A stretch of DNA of 64,000 nucleotides from Anthoceros angustus (taxonomy: Eukaryota; Plantae; Anthocerotophyta): assembly GCA_010909165.1 (NCBI GenBank), contig VJWM01000007.1:62001-126000 (forward strand), in the 5' to 3' direction. Of this stretch, positions 34,577 through 46,699 are shown one piece after another; within the stretch, counting starts at the first letter, position 1; the number at the start of each line of letters is the position of its first letter. Under the pieces are notes generated by a model, which saw only the letters and a list, made by a program, of their open reading frames with translations, did no database searches and was not told the DNA's origin. The translations under genes and the position numbers were made by a program.

Positions 34577-35625
34577 GGTGGAAAATTAGGTCTGCCACAC
34601 AATCGCAAAAGCGAAGAAAGGAGATATGAAACAGATGAATCAAGAGTGAATATTAAAGAGGGATATAACAAAGAATAATCATATAAAGAATGAACTAATG
34701 ATACATAAAGAACATACAAGAGTAGAAGAGCGAGAAGAAGAAGATGATGGGGACACACTTTAGGATGGGTATCCTTTCATACATATATAAACAGCGGTCA
34801 TTGTAATCGAGATATTGTAGGTGTTATAAATATGATATTTTAGCATATTCATTATAACATCAAGATAATAGAAATATGGTAAACATTGTTCCCCTATATA
34901 TACATCATAATCGGATCCTCTTCTTAGATATTGTTGTGTGTAATCTACATCTGATATTATTTTTTAGTATTTTATTATATACATTGCAGTTCTTATTCTC
35001 ATCAAGGTTAGAATCAAAGGACAATATCGTCATACTATCTAAGAATTTCTTATTGATTCTCAATAAATCATATATATACTTAGTTATTATTTTGCCTTTT
35101 GGGCCGGTCGGCAACTAGCTCCTAACAAGCACCGGTGGTAATGAAAACCTTGGAGTGGTCTTGTTGTGATCTTGACATCATCCTCGCAAGCCCTTAAGGA
35201 TCATATAAGATCTTGGCAATGGCCGTGTACCTTTAAATTTACAGGTCCCCGACCATAAGGATTGCGAGATCCTCCGAGATCTACTGGGAGGCACACGTCC
35301 ATCTTCTATGTGGACCCGACATATGCCCAAGACATTTTCTTGGGCTTATGGATATTTTACGGAGGCTCACCCTACATCTGTGATGCTATATTATTCTCAA
35401 AATGCATGAAGATACATTAACATTATACATTCTTGAATTCTATAGTATGCACTTGGGAGTAAAGATTATATGCATATACATGAAGTAATATCTTTCGAGA
35501 AAAGAGTGATTCTTCATAGGTTCTTAAACACATTAACATGACATGATATATACTCATCAATCATATCATAATTGTTGTAGTAAATCCAAGTAGTTATAGA
35601 AGCTATACTAATAGGATATGGGTAT

Positions 35626-35734
35626 AGTACGCGCTTAGATTAAGGCACCACGAGGAGCGGGACAGTACGTGCTTAGATTAAGGCACCACGAGGAGCGGTA
35701 CAGTACGCGCTTAGATTAAGGCACCACGAGGAGC
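35626..35734. repeat. 3 x 38-bp tandem repeat
   Basis: AGTACGCGCTTAGATTAAGGCACCACGAGGAGCGGGAC units with no spacers. Confidence 0.93.
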
Positions 35735-36900
35735 CGTGTTCATGTCATTTGTGCCGTAATCATGTTGCAGGTAGAGCCGATTCCGAGGATCCATGGCCAG
35801 AAACGTGGGACATGGCTCGGTGACTCTGATGAAACCCTAATTGAGTTGGACGGGATTTAAATTAGGATTATCCGTGAATTAAGGCACAAATTACATGAAC
35901 ACTGCTCTTGGTGGTACCTTAATCTATGCACATATCTCATCCCTATTGCTCCTCTCACTACTCGAATTTACTTGTTGTGGACAAGGGATGTATGCTTTGA
36001 CCACTCTTCTAGTCAATTCGTAGGGGTTTCTGTTTTTTTTTTTTGTGAGGATTTGTGTGTTAAAATAAAGGATAAGCGTGGATAATAAGGCCTATCTGGC
36101 CAACTACACCGGCGTGACAGCAACTCCATTGTAAGCAAGGTCTAGAGAAGCTCCGGAGGATGTCCGCAAGTATCAAGAAAAGCAAGGTCCGGAGGAGCTT
36201 CAGAGGATGTCCGTAGATATCAAGAAAAAACACCATAATATTTGAAGCGGCTGAATATACATGAAGCGGCTTTTCAGTTGAATATACGGCAAACAGGGTT
36301 TTCGATGGGTATCGACAGGCCATATTTGAGCATACACTGCAGAAGATGGCACAGAATAAGGGTGTCGTGACCGCCCTGTACATGCTATGACGGCACACAT
36401 CTGTACAGGAAGGGTCCGTCTAATCGCACGAGCATTGTTTTTGCTAGAAACGATGCCCATGTCCTTAGACCATGCGATACGATTAGGATCCGTTAATGAC
36501 CGAACAGCGACCCACAGGGCCCCTTTGGAGGAATGCGTACACATATGTATACTCTCTTGCTATACACCCATATATGCACATGGTGGACGAGGTTTTGAAC
36601 AACTTAGGTTAAAGGACGGCGAGCGGAAGAACCGATCGGGCGCCGGCATGCGGCGCCACGCTCCGCCCAGGGGACTTGTCGAGCGTGGCGTGTAGGCGCC
36701 AACGTTGAATGACTTTCGATGCCAATCGTAGGACTCACTTCTTCAAGCAGTTTAAGCGCATCGCACCGGCCTTAAAGGACTAGTCATTTACGGGCACACG
36801 ATCGAGACGCGAACATACAAAATGAACAAAGTTGCTTCCTCCGAGTGGCTGTGGACAAGGCACCTTGCAAACCCGTTACGGAACAAGGCACATATTCCGA

Positions 36901-39900
36901 TCATTCCTCGCCTGACTCGAGTCCCTCCCCGCCAGATATGTCGGCTTCGTCGCCTGATTCATCGCTGTCCATTACACCATCTGGGGTTGCAGGCTTGAGG
37001 TGGGCTCGTAGAGCACTCATCTTCTCTTTGATCGCTTTCTTGTCGGCAGCGTACAGATGTTTCCTTGCGTTCAGCTTGAACCCATAATAAACGATAACCG
37101 TTTTCCGAACGAATAACTTCTGTATATTAGGTGGATTGTGTTGTTTGCCCCTCTTCCTTTTCGGGTGACGGCCTTCGTCGTTCTCAACTCTGAGGATGAC
37201 TTCCGCCATATACTTCCCTTCGTATGCGTCTGTGTGGTCTGTCCTCCACCAATGCACAAGTAAGTAAGGATCAGGTGCGGTGAAATGGACTTCCACAACC
37301 TTTGCGAGCCAGAAAGCTCTGTTGTGTATGTCACCCTCACAAGGCGTTATAATGAACATGCCTTTCTCTATCTCCATGATATCCCCATTCATCCTTTCAC
37401 ACTCTTGTCCTTGACGATCGCACCTGGTGGGGTCCTAAGTACATGTCCCTTTGGGGAATCTCCGCATAACAATGCTTCATCTAGAACAACAACCCCACCC
37501 TTCGGAGGTGGACGGTGAGTTCGTCGGGGTTGCGGGCTTGAGGTGGGCTCGTGAGCACTCATCTTCTCTTTGATCGCTTTCTTGTCGGCGTCTGAGATGT
37601 TTCCTTGCGTTGCTTGAACCCATAATAAGCGATAACGTTTTCCGAGCGAATAACCACATATATTAGGTGGATTGTGTTGTTTGCCCTCTTCCTTTTCGGG
37701 TGACGGCCTCGTTCTCAACTCGAGGATGACTTCCGCCATATACTTCCCTTCGTATCTGCGTATGTCATCCTCCACCAATGCACAAGTAAGTAAGGATCGG
37801 TGCGGTGAAATGGACTTCCACAACCTTTGCGAGCGAGCTACATTGTGTATGTCACCCTCACAAGGCGTTATAATGAACATGCCTTTCTCTATCTCCATGA
37901 TATCCCCATTCATCCTTTCACACTCTTGTCCTTGACGATACGGTGGGGTCCTAAGTACATGTCCCTTTGGGGAATCTCCCATAACAATGCTTCATCTAGA
38001 ACAACAACCCCACCTTGAGGTGGGCGGTGAGTTGCGTCATTTGCTGCACATACCACTTCCATGGTTTTTCCGGACAAGACCAATATTGTTGTCTGATACA
38101 TGCAATCTCCTCCGATCCTTCCGAACATTGTCCACCATTGTTCTTCTTCGTCATTGACATATGTTGGTAGATTTAGCATTCCTTTCCGCAAGTAAGCAAC
38201 CCCACAATAGATCATCCGCAACACCACCTCTTTTGTCCTTGGCTTGGGCGCCATCAAAGGTGCCGGGCTAATATCGCTCGAACAAGCGTCGAGAACTCCA
38301 AGCCATCTTGACTCCCAGGAGAGGTTGAATCACTTACTCGGATAATCATATTTCCCACGATTATTCTCCTCTCGTGTGATTTTGAACTGATGTTGAAACG
38401 ATAGATTGTTCAATTGTTTCACTGCAGCCTTGTACTGATATCCTGCTGCGCCCTTTGTTATAGGCCAGACATACGTCCGGAAATCCGGAACCTCGGTCAA
38501 CACCTGAACCTCCGGGTTGGGCGTATACGCTGTGCTTATCAAGGTTTCCATAGCTGGTAGGGTTTTCACCTCCTTGTGCTTCAGATGTTTAGAAAAGCAA
38601 GAGAACATCTGGTCCACTTGGTCGTGTGTATGCCCACGAGGAGAAATCCGACCTTCACCTTTTCAAAGGTGCCCACCTCAACAAGCATATTGAGGTGCAA
38701 AAAGCTGGTTCTTATTCTCCGGCATGTGTTATCCATGCAAATATAGAATTTTCGGAAGGAACCCATTATACGTGTGGATAACGTCACGAATAATAGCAAT
38801 AGTCAAGTTTGCATCATTCCTCAGTTCGCAAAGTGGAGATCATACAGCAAAGTATAATTGTGTACCATGCAGCCCACCACGTGGACGCTATGCGGCGATC
38901 CTCCTTGAGTCCTTGACCATCTCAAAATATGCGGCAACTCCGTCTTCTTGATCCATCCGTCAATGCATAGTAATATGTATTTCGAGACGATGTAGCTTTA
39001 GTGCGATGCTTCATCAACTTCTTCCTCTCGTTCATCAAGCGTGTTCGATGTTTATTTAAAGCGTCGATATACATCGCTAAACACAAGACCGAACCGATTA
39101 GAAAGGACGGAGTTAGTTACAATGGGTTAGCCCATTCAAAAATACAAACATTTTATTCCCCAACCATGCCGAAACATGTCATCGAGGCACCCGCGTGCCA
39201 ATATCATTCCACCAGACGCGGCGGAAGGCTCGCGCCCAACCATCCGGTGTGCAACTATGCGAGGATTCGTGGGCTTATAACGATGGGGCGGCATGCCGCG
39301 CCCTAGCCCGGGCCGCTCGCCCTCCCATCCGGTGGATGTGGCTGACCGTGGGTGGGGGCGCCGGCATCACGCCATCGGCCCGGCGCCCATCCGGCATGCC
39401 GTGACCGGTGGGTGCGCCGCATGCGCGCCGCCGCCGCCGCCGCCGGCCTCCCATCCGTGCGCTGAATGCCGGTGACCGGTGGGTGCGGCATCACGCGCCG
39501 GCGCCGGCCTCCCATCCGGCGGGCGCCCGGACCGGGGGTGCCCGTCCCGCCCGAGCATCGAGCAGTGCGGGCCGTCAGGAGAGGGCATGCGGCGCCTCAC
39601 GGGGCGGCTAGAGGCGGCACTCCGGCCACCGCCTCGCCGCGCGCTGCGGACTTACATGGTGGCGGCATGCGCCTCCCATCCGGCCGGCGGCGTCTCTCGG
39701 CAGCGCTGCGTCTCCTCCTCGAAGGCATGTCTTTGTGCCTTCATTCCATGGCTCCAACATCGCCGTGGAAGCTAGGGCGGCGGCGCGCCTTTGCATCTAC
39801 GCGGCTCGTTAGAGGGTTAGCTCTCCGGAAGAGTATGATACCTATTACAAGATTCTATGTGAAATGACGGAGAACCATGTGCATACCTTGATCAATCCGA

Positions 39901-41440
39901 TGACCCGATCTCGGATGTTGTACTTCAACCCGCGCATAACGCACATGTCGAAACCGGTTGGACTTGAATTTTCACCCTCTTAAAATTTTCTCCATAGCCT
40001 CGTGAAATATGCATATGACACAAACCGCAGCCCACTTGTTCCATGTCGGTATGATCGATTCCAAACCTCAAGTTTAGTGAATGTGTCCAGGAAGGTTGTA
40101 CACTTCAACGTTGGGCAACCTTTCGCCAAGAAATGTTGAGTCCATCCACGCGATCGCAAGAGCATGTGAGGATTGCACACGAGGATTCGGCTTGGCCCCA
40201 TCCCAAGGTGCGTTCGGCAAGACCTTCTTCAACTCGTCGTATCTTGCGAGCCTATGCAGAACTCGACGAAATGCTTTCGAAACAGCAGAGGGCTCTCCCA
40301 TAATGTAGGTGACAACCTTGTCTCGCATTTGGCATTCACATCCGGTCTAACAAGAGATTGAAGGAATAACTCACCGCTGCCTAGCCTCAAGAACCTTGTC
40401 CTCTTCTCAAGACCATCCCTTGACAAAATAGGAAGACACAACTTGTTGCGGCATGGCTTCGAATCGCCATCATCGCCGTCGGTTTCCGTAAAGAGACACT
40501 GCGGCTCGCCTCTTTGAATCGGCAACATTCGTCTCACGCATTGTCGACTCATCGGCCGGTGATAAGAGACACCATTTCGTTTCCTCCGAGGTGTATGCGG
40601 CACATCAACAACGGAATGAACGATTAGCCCACCACGGTGGTGTTCGCATCGATGCAGCATCCGATCGATCCCTTGGGAGGCTGGATTTGACGACGACCGC
40701 CTTTCTCCCTCCGACACAGGACCCACCCCACACCTATTCAAGTTCCGGGAGTAGGTGGCAAATCTGTATTCCTACATTGGTCGTGCGTGTGTTCTCCTAG
40801 CCCGCAAAGGAAGACCATCGGTTTCATCCCATGGAACAAAGCACAGTTAAGCAGACCATTTCTACGCGTTTGTGACACCTTGCTATTCAAGTCAAACAAC
40901 AGCAAAATTCGAACCATACACAGGATCCAGACATGGTCTTCTGCAAAGGCATGGAGTGGGTATCAAAGAAATGACCTTCTAGTAGGGAGTGTCCCGGGCT
41001 TGAGTTAGGAGGGCCAAGCGATGGTGCACCGCGGAGTTCCTTCCCGCCGTCCCTTCCAAGACCTTCTTCTTCTCTGCCTGAATGAGAAGGGACCTTGTTG
41101 CACCAACGGACTCCATGAACAAGGACCTCCTGCAACGGAGCGTTAGAACAAACAGGACGTGCAATGAGTTCCCACATTCGTAGCGTAAATGATCACCAGG
41201 TTGACTTCAGAGAATACCTCATCCTCGTCCAAGCCATGGATAGAATGCAGCATCTTGGCTAGCAGCCCGACTTAGACGATCGGCAAAAGCGGGCAACGAA
41301 CATCAAGCTTGGAACATACCGGATGGGTCTTCAACCACCCGAAACCTCCCCTCTTATTGCCAGCTTGGAACACACGCGCTATTCAATTAAGAGGGCATAA
41401 GACATGCCATACGTCGGTCACTCACCGCCATTCATTGCAT
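36901..41440 (-). CDS. DDE/DDD transposase of the Sola-like (DUF7869-like) type; intron-containing and read across many 1-bp frameshifts
   Basis: Reconstructed in order: C.NK.CLP...R..FL...VTYIMGE..V.KAF..LH, AWM..F.GERLP.VEVYNLP, YFTRLWRK.FKRVKI..TGFDMC..(C), intron about 39885-39078, CIDG(M)DQ.KTELPH (38930-38965), DANLTI, LY.CMDNTCR(E)NKNQ (38706-38737), FLLVG(H)THDQVDQMFSCFS (38605-38645), then the C-terminal domain FWLAKVVEV..YLLVHWW and an acidic tail ending at 36901. Confidence 0.8.
36990..38020. repeat. About 520-bp tandem duplication of the transposase C-terminal region
   Basis: MNGDIMEIEKGMFIITPCEGDIHN... appears in both ORF 36901-37392 and ORF 37389-37982. The second copy carries many 1-bp deletions. 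Confidence 0.9.
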
Positions 41441-41905
41441 CGATGGTTCGGTGGCGGCGAGGATATCCAGTGAAAATAGATTGCATTTATTGTGATATAA
41501 CGATTGCAATGATCGAGATAGTGTCATATCCGGTATAAATAAGACAGGTATTGGGGTTTAAATATTGGCGTGGTCTATATTTGGGGTCACCACATTAGGG
41601 TTTCTTCGGATGTCCGCTTCTAAAAGGGTATAACTTAGGAGCCCCACATCATCTTGCGTTTCTTGCGGTGAAGCTCGACGGAGTGCTCACGGAGGCGGGC
41701 GGGTAATCCAGCGGAAGCACACCATCGCGCGGGCACCTTGGGCGAACTCGCCCAATTCGGCGCTAATCCCATCTGCCGGGGCGATTGGGCGGGCCGATCC
41801 AGGAGGGCTAGAGGCGATCATCACGACGAAATCGATTGTGGCAATCGCTAGCTTTTTGCTCCAACTCACACTGTGTGCGTTCACGATTACGAAGGGTGCG
41901 GGATT
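41441..41905. promoter_or_regulatory. Putative bidirectional promoter between the transposase and the ParB-MTase gene
   Basis: Non-coding gap between the divergent genes, with TATA-like GGTATAAATAAG (about 41532) and GGGTATAACT (about 41627). Confidence 0.4.
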
Positions 41906-44900
41906 ATGGCGAGTGGACGGCGTAGCAAGAAAGACTGGAAGCCGCCGACAACCCGGGATTGTGGTGAAGGCGAAGGCGCGGAAATCGGCGCCGACGAGAT
42001 GCGTTGCCGAATCTCCATTGCCGGTGAGCGTTTTTCAGGCATGTTGGTGTGAACCGAATCCATCTTTTCCGTGCTTTTTAACTCCATGCGGTGTTGGTGG
42101 GTCTCTGAATTCAGCAAAAGACAGCACCAAAGCGCATGGAGGAAGCAGGAGAAGAGTGGAATGTCTCGAGCAAAAGAAGAGCACCCATCCAATCCGCCGC
42201 CATACGTATGAGGAGACGGTACTCTGCGGAGACACACAAGCCAGTTGAGGAAAGCTGCGGCATTGGACAAAGAATGGTTTCTAACCTGCAAGTGAGCCAC
42301 AGGAAGATGGGGCAATATGGACACCCTTGTTGAAGTTGTGGGTTCTGAGCTACAGGGCTCACAATCAGCTCAAGAGCCGGATGGGTATTGTGGGCAAGTT
42401 TGGAGATGGACACATTGCATCCGGAGGTGCAAGTGCTCGCACATCAAGACCCTATGGCGTTGATAATTTGCACACCCGATGATTACAAGGTGTTCCTCTT
42501 GAGATAGATGGCTTTCAAGCGAGAAATGTGAACCAAAGGAGGCTGGCAATGCAATTTCGAGAAAGCCTACGCGGAAACAGTCGTGGCCACTTAGGCCTTC
42601 AAATTCACTTCGCACCTTTCCTCCCCATCCGATATCGACATTTCAACACTATTGTTTGCAGCCGTGAAGACTGTTCTCTGAGATGCCTCTGGGGTCATCA
42701 CAGTCTGATTAATCAGGAGGGAGATGTCTTCCGAAGAACAAGGCAGAGCCGAGTTCGCAATTGAGGACCAGTATCCTCCTCATGTTGATTCAGAGCCAGA
42801 GCTGGGCCCTTCCGACGAGGAAGATGGCCCTATACCAGATGTCCTCGGACAGTCGGATGCGGACGGGTCCGAAGGGGAAGATGCACAGAAGGAGGCGGAT
42901 ATCATCATGGACTTTGCGCTCGAACCTCCGGCAGCTCCTGTGCAAGCAGCACCTATGCCGGGACAGACCGACGAGGAGGGAGAGGGAGGCGCGCGCCCAT
43001 GCCATGCGTGAATTGGGCACCCCAAGTGTCTTGGTTTTGCCGCCGACAAGTCGAAGAAGGCGCGGCATGCCGGCGCCTGATGTGCCATGGGAAAGCGGCA
43101 CCCATGACATATGGAGACGCGGTCGAATCCGGGCCAACCAAGCATGTGGGAGTGGAACACCACGGCCGGGAGGAAGGGAGTGGGAACACATGCATGGCCG
43201 GGAGGAAGGGGTGGGCATGCACCGTCAGCAGCGGCGGGCGGCCAGATGGGCGCCGGCGCGCCCGATGTTAATGTGGTGCCCGAGTATCCTCGGATGTTAC
43301 ACTAAGGAAAGCACCTACCGCAGATGTGATCGAGCGAAGGGGAACCAAGCGCATACCATGGGGAGGAAGAAAGGCACAATGATGGGCGTGCCATCGCCAT
43401 CCAAGATATTCCTACACTTCATGTGTCGATCGATGAAGAAAGGTTGAGGCGTCGCGTTGGATGAGGATTATTTGAAGACTGAGAAGCCGCATATGGGAAG
43501 AAAGTGGTTCCAAACCGCTCGTTAAGCTGGAATACTTGAGACCTTCTTTCCGACTCGGATGCCCGGATCCGAAAAGTGGACGAGGCTTGGGCGAACTACC
43601 TAGCTGTGGTGATTTCAAAGGGAGAATCGAGGAAGGAGTCTTGCCTCACTTTGCATGATTGATCCGCGTAATGCAATGATATCAAGTCCTGGATTGGCGA
43701 GTTCGTGGCTAAAAATATGTGATGGGAGTGCTTGAGGAAACCATACATATGCGCTATCGACACCTTGCGGACATATATCACGGAAGGCAAGCCTCCGAGG
43801 ATTGAGGCTCATGTGTATTGTGGTCGACTATTCCGGAAATGAGAGTCTTAGCCATCGACCACAACACCATGTCCGACAAGAGGCGGAAGATGAATTTTAT
43901 TGAGCGGTGAGGTATTTGAGAGACGAGCTGCAAATCGCGAAGAGGGATGGTGTCAACATGACCATGAACTGGAAATTCAACTTGTACAAGGTGCTTGGAC
44001 GATCGGCGGACGAAGGCCGAGAGGACGATAAAGAACAAGGTAGACAACAGGACCCACATTCTATGCATCTCGAAGTTGGAAGGCAAAGTGTGGGCGAATG
44101 TGGACAAGATATTCAGCAAGTGGGAGTCCATGGAGTTGCCGGAATAGGCGAAACATGTTGCAGCAGGCACAAGCAAGAAGAGCAAGGGCAAACGTAAAGT
44201 CACTGATGACCCGAAGGCAGGGGATGGCGCATTGTTAAAGCCTAAAGAGATGCAAGGCAAGCCTTGGAGGAGTTTTCAAGGCATCCCACAGGAAAGTGGG
44301 CAACAAATGTTGATAAGTGCAAGAGAAGGTTTTGACGGGCTTCGGACCTCAATGGGATGGCGAAGGAAATCACCCGAGGAAGAAGTTTCATGTGATTCGT
44401 GGCGATGGCCAAGCACTTGGGGTGTGACTCATTCGACCAAGTCCGGCAAGAATATCCTCAACACTCTGGACGAGGTCATCGCAAGATTTCAAACGGCGTT
44501 TGAGGGAAAGGTAGGTGTCTTTATCCTCTCCATTCATTAGCAGAGAGAGGGCATGCCGCACTGCTCTCTTGCTTTTGAGAGCCGGGCCGGGGGCCGGCAT
44601 GCGCCCGTCATTCGAACGGAGTACGAGGGCCGCCGGCCGGGCGCGGCATGCGGCCCCGGCTCCGCCGCCGTTGCGAATGGAGGCATGGGCGCCCGGCCGG
44701 CGCCCGTCCAGATTCTCCAAGTGTGATAGACTTGAGGACTCTAATGGGGCGCGCCATCGCCTCTCCATTCGAGAAGGTCTCAGAATGGCGACGGGGGCGC
44801 CGCATGCGGCGCCGATCATTGCTCTTCCAAGATATGCCTTTGTCCCGTGAATGTCCTTCCATTGAATGTCCGTCGTTATATTGACATAATCTTTTGTCGT

Positions 44901-46056
44901 GCAAGTAAAGGATGTGGATGACTGAAGAAACTACGGACGCTTTTCAAGCTTTTGTGCTTGAAGTGCACACTTGGAAAGGCTTGGAGGAGGAGCAGAGGGC
45001 TATGGCGGACATGGACATGGAAGGCCTGCAATCTTTCACATTCGGCAACAGAGAATATTGTGAAGTACCGAGGTTATGGCAAGGGATATCGTTGACATGA
45101 GGGGCTTCTGGATTCGAAATACACATTGATGGTCATGGATGTGCCCGAGGATTTAACAAGGGAAAACATGATGTCACTATGGGCTTCGGTAGTACGGTTT
45201 TCCATGCTTTCCATGATATGACAAGTTGCGATGAGATACGGATGATAGTCATGCACGGTGTGGAGGAGCACCACACGGTGAGGGAGGCAATGCGGAAGTG
45301 GTGGTGCAGAGGGAGGTTGGTGTTGTGTATGGGACAAGACTAATATGCGAGCGACCTAGGGGCTACGACCTGGAATACAACGATTGGGTGGGGCTTAACA
45401 TCGCAGTTGGCCAAAATTTCCATGCTCCCCAATAATGTCCAGGTTCCTTCAACAACGACGACGTCATTGGGCATGACATCGTGAAGAAGTTATACACATC
45501 CCTCGATAAGCTGGTGGTGTGCGTATCGAGGCCATTGGGCACTGATGAGAATCATCAAAAACTTCTCGAAGGAGGAGATTGGATTTTAGACGCGTGTGCA
45601 GGAAGTGGATCGACAACGATGGCTGCTCTCCTATGCGGTCGGAATTGCATTGCTGTGGATGTGGACAAACGCTGCGCAGAGTTCATACATCAGAGGATCC
45701 ATGGATATGAAGTTTTGCCGGACGCCGATGAGGAGTTGACCCACGAGCCTCACCGCCGGGGTCCAACTCAGTTCTGGGCTAAAGAAGTGACATTGTCGGA
45801 AAAAGGTTTGTCACAAGCTCAAGTTGTTTCTTTGGGGTCTTCCGGGAGGAAAGCGCCAGAGATCCTTGACGTTGGGCAGCAAACATTGGACACGGTGTGG
45901 CCTCCAATGACAAGCCATCGGGTTGTGGAGGTGGCTCCTCGGACACAGAAATATCATGGAGGAGAACACAACTTTGAAGACCAGATCATGCGCGTCAAGA
46001 CCGTAGAAGTAGTCATGGATAGCGTGTGGCGGTGCCTGAGTCCAGCCTTGTTTTGA
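41906..46056 (+). CDS. ParB/Srx-like domain fused to a beta-class N4-cytosine/N6-adenine DNA methyltransferase (N6_N4_Mtase type); multi-exon and frameshifted
   Basis: First exon MASGRRSKKDWKPP..ISIA|GTGAGC. ParB-like region 43560-43910: RIRKVDEAWANYLAVVISKG..CMIDP..YVMGVL.GNHTYA.I..AHVYCG...LAIDHN...RKMNFIER. MTase region 45110-45710: KYTLMVMDVP(x)GFNKGKHD (motif IV), CVWDKTN, RPL.ALMRIIKNFSKE-GDWILDACAGSGSTTMAALLCGRNCIAVDVD (motifs X-I-II). Confidence 0.78.
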
Positions 46057-46699
46057 CGTGCAGTAGGTACTTTTTCTTTTCATGGGTTGAAAGTTTTATG
46101 TGTAACGATTTGCGAGCGGCGCGGCATGCGCGCCTTCACCTTCAAAAGCCTTTAACGGCTTACGTCCAAAACGCCTATTTCCCGAAGGCAACCACCATAA
46201 CTAGAGGCGTATTTCTCGAACTAATGCAGTGAAATTGCATTGAGATGACATAACACCCATCCCCTTAGAATCAAATCATGCTTAATCATGCATTATAGGT
46301 ACTGTCAAGATTTGAACATGAGGGTTTCTGATTTGCGGAAGAGGGTTTGTATATTCAGCCGCTTCAAATATTATGGTGTTAAAAGCAAGGTCCGGAGGAG
46401 CTCCGGAGAAGGTCCGGAGGAGGACCTGTGGAGACAAGAAAGGCAAGTTCGAAGGAGTGGATCGAATTCTAAGGTTGACACGCGACGGTGGCATGGGGAC
46501 AACGACATAGGAGGCCAGGCCATGACTTAGAGCCGTTGCAGGCGGTGTAGCGCTGAGTCACGATCCGAGGACAGGCACACAAGAAGGTGGCGGGCGTGAA
46601 AGTGAAAAAATGGGTCCAAACCCATGGGGAAAGGGAGGCTGATAGGTCAAAGGGTGCTCGGTTTCCTGCGAATGGTATGGTCATTACTTAGATAACAAG

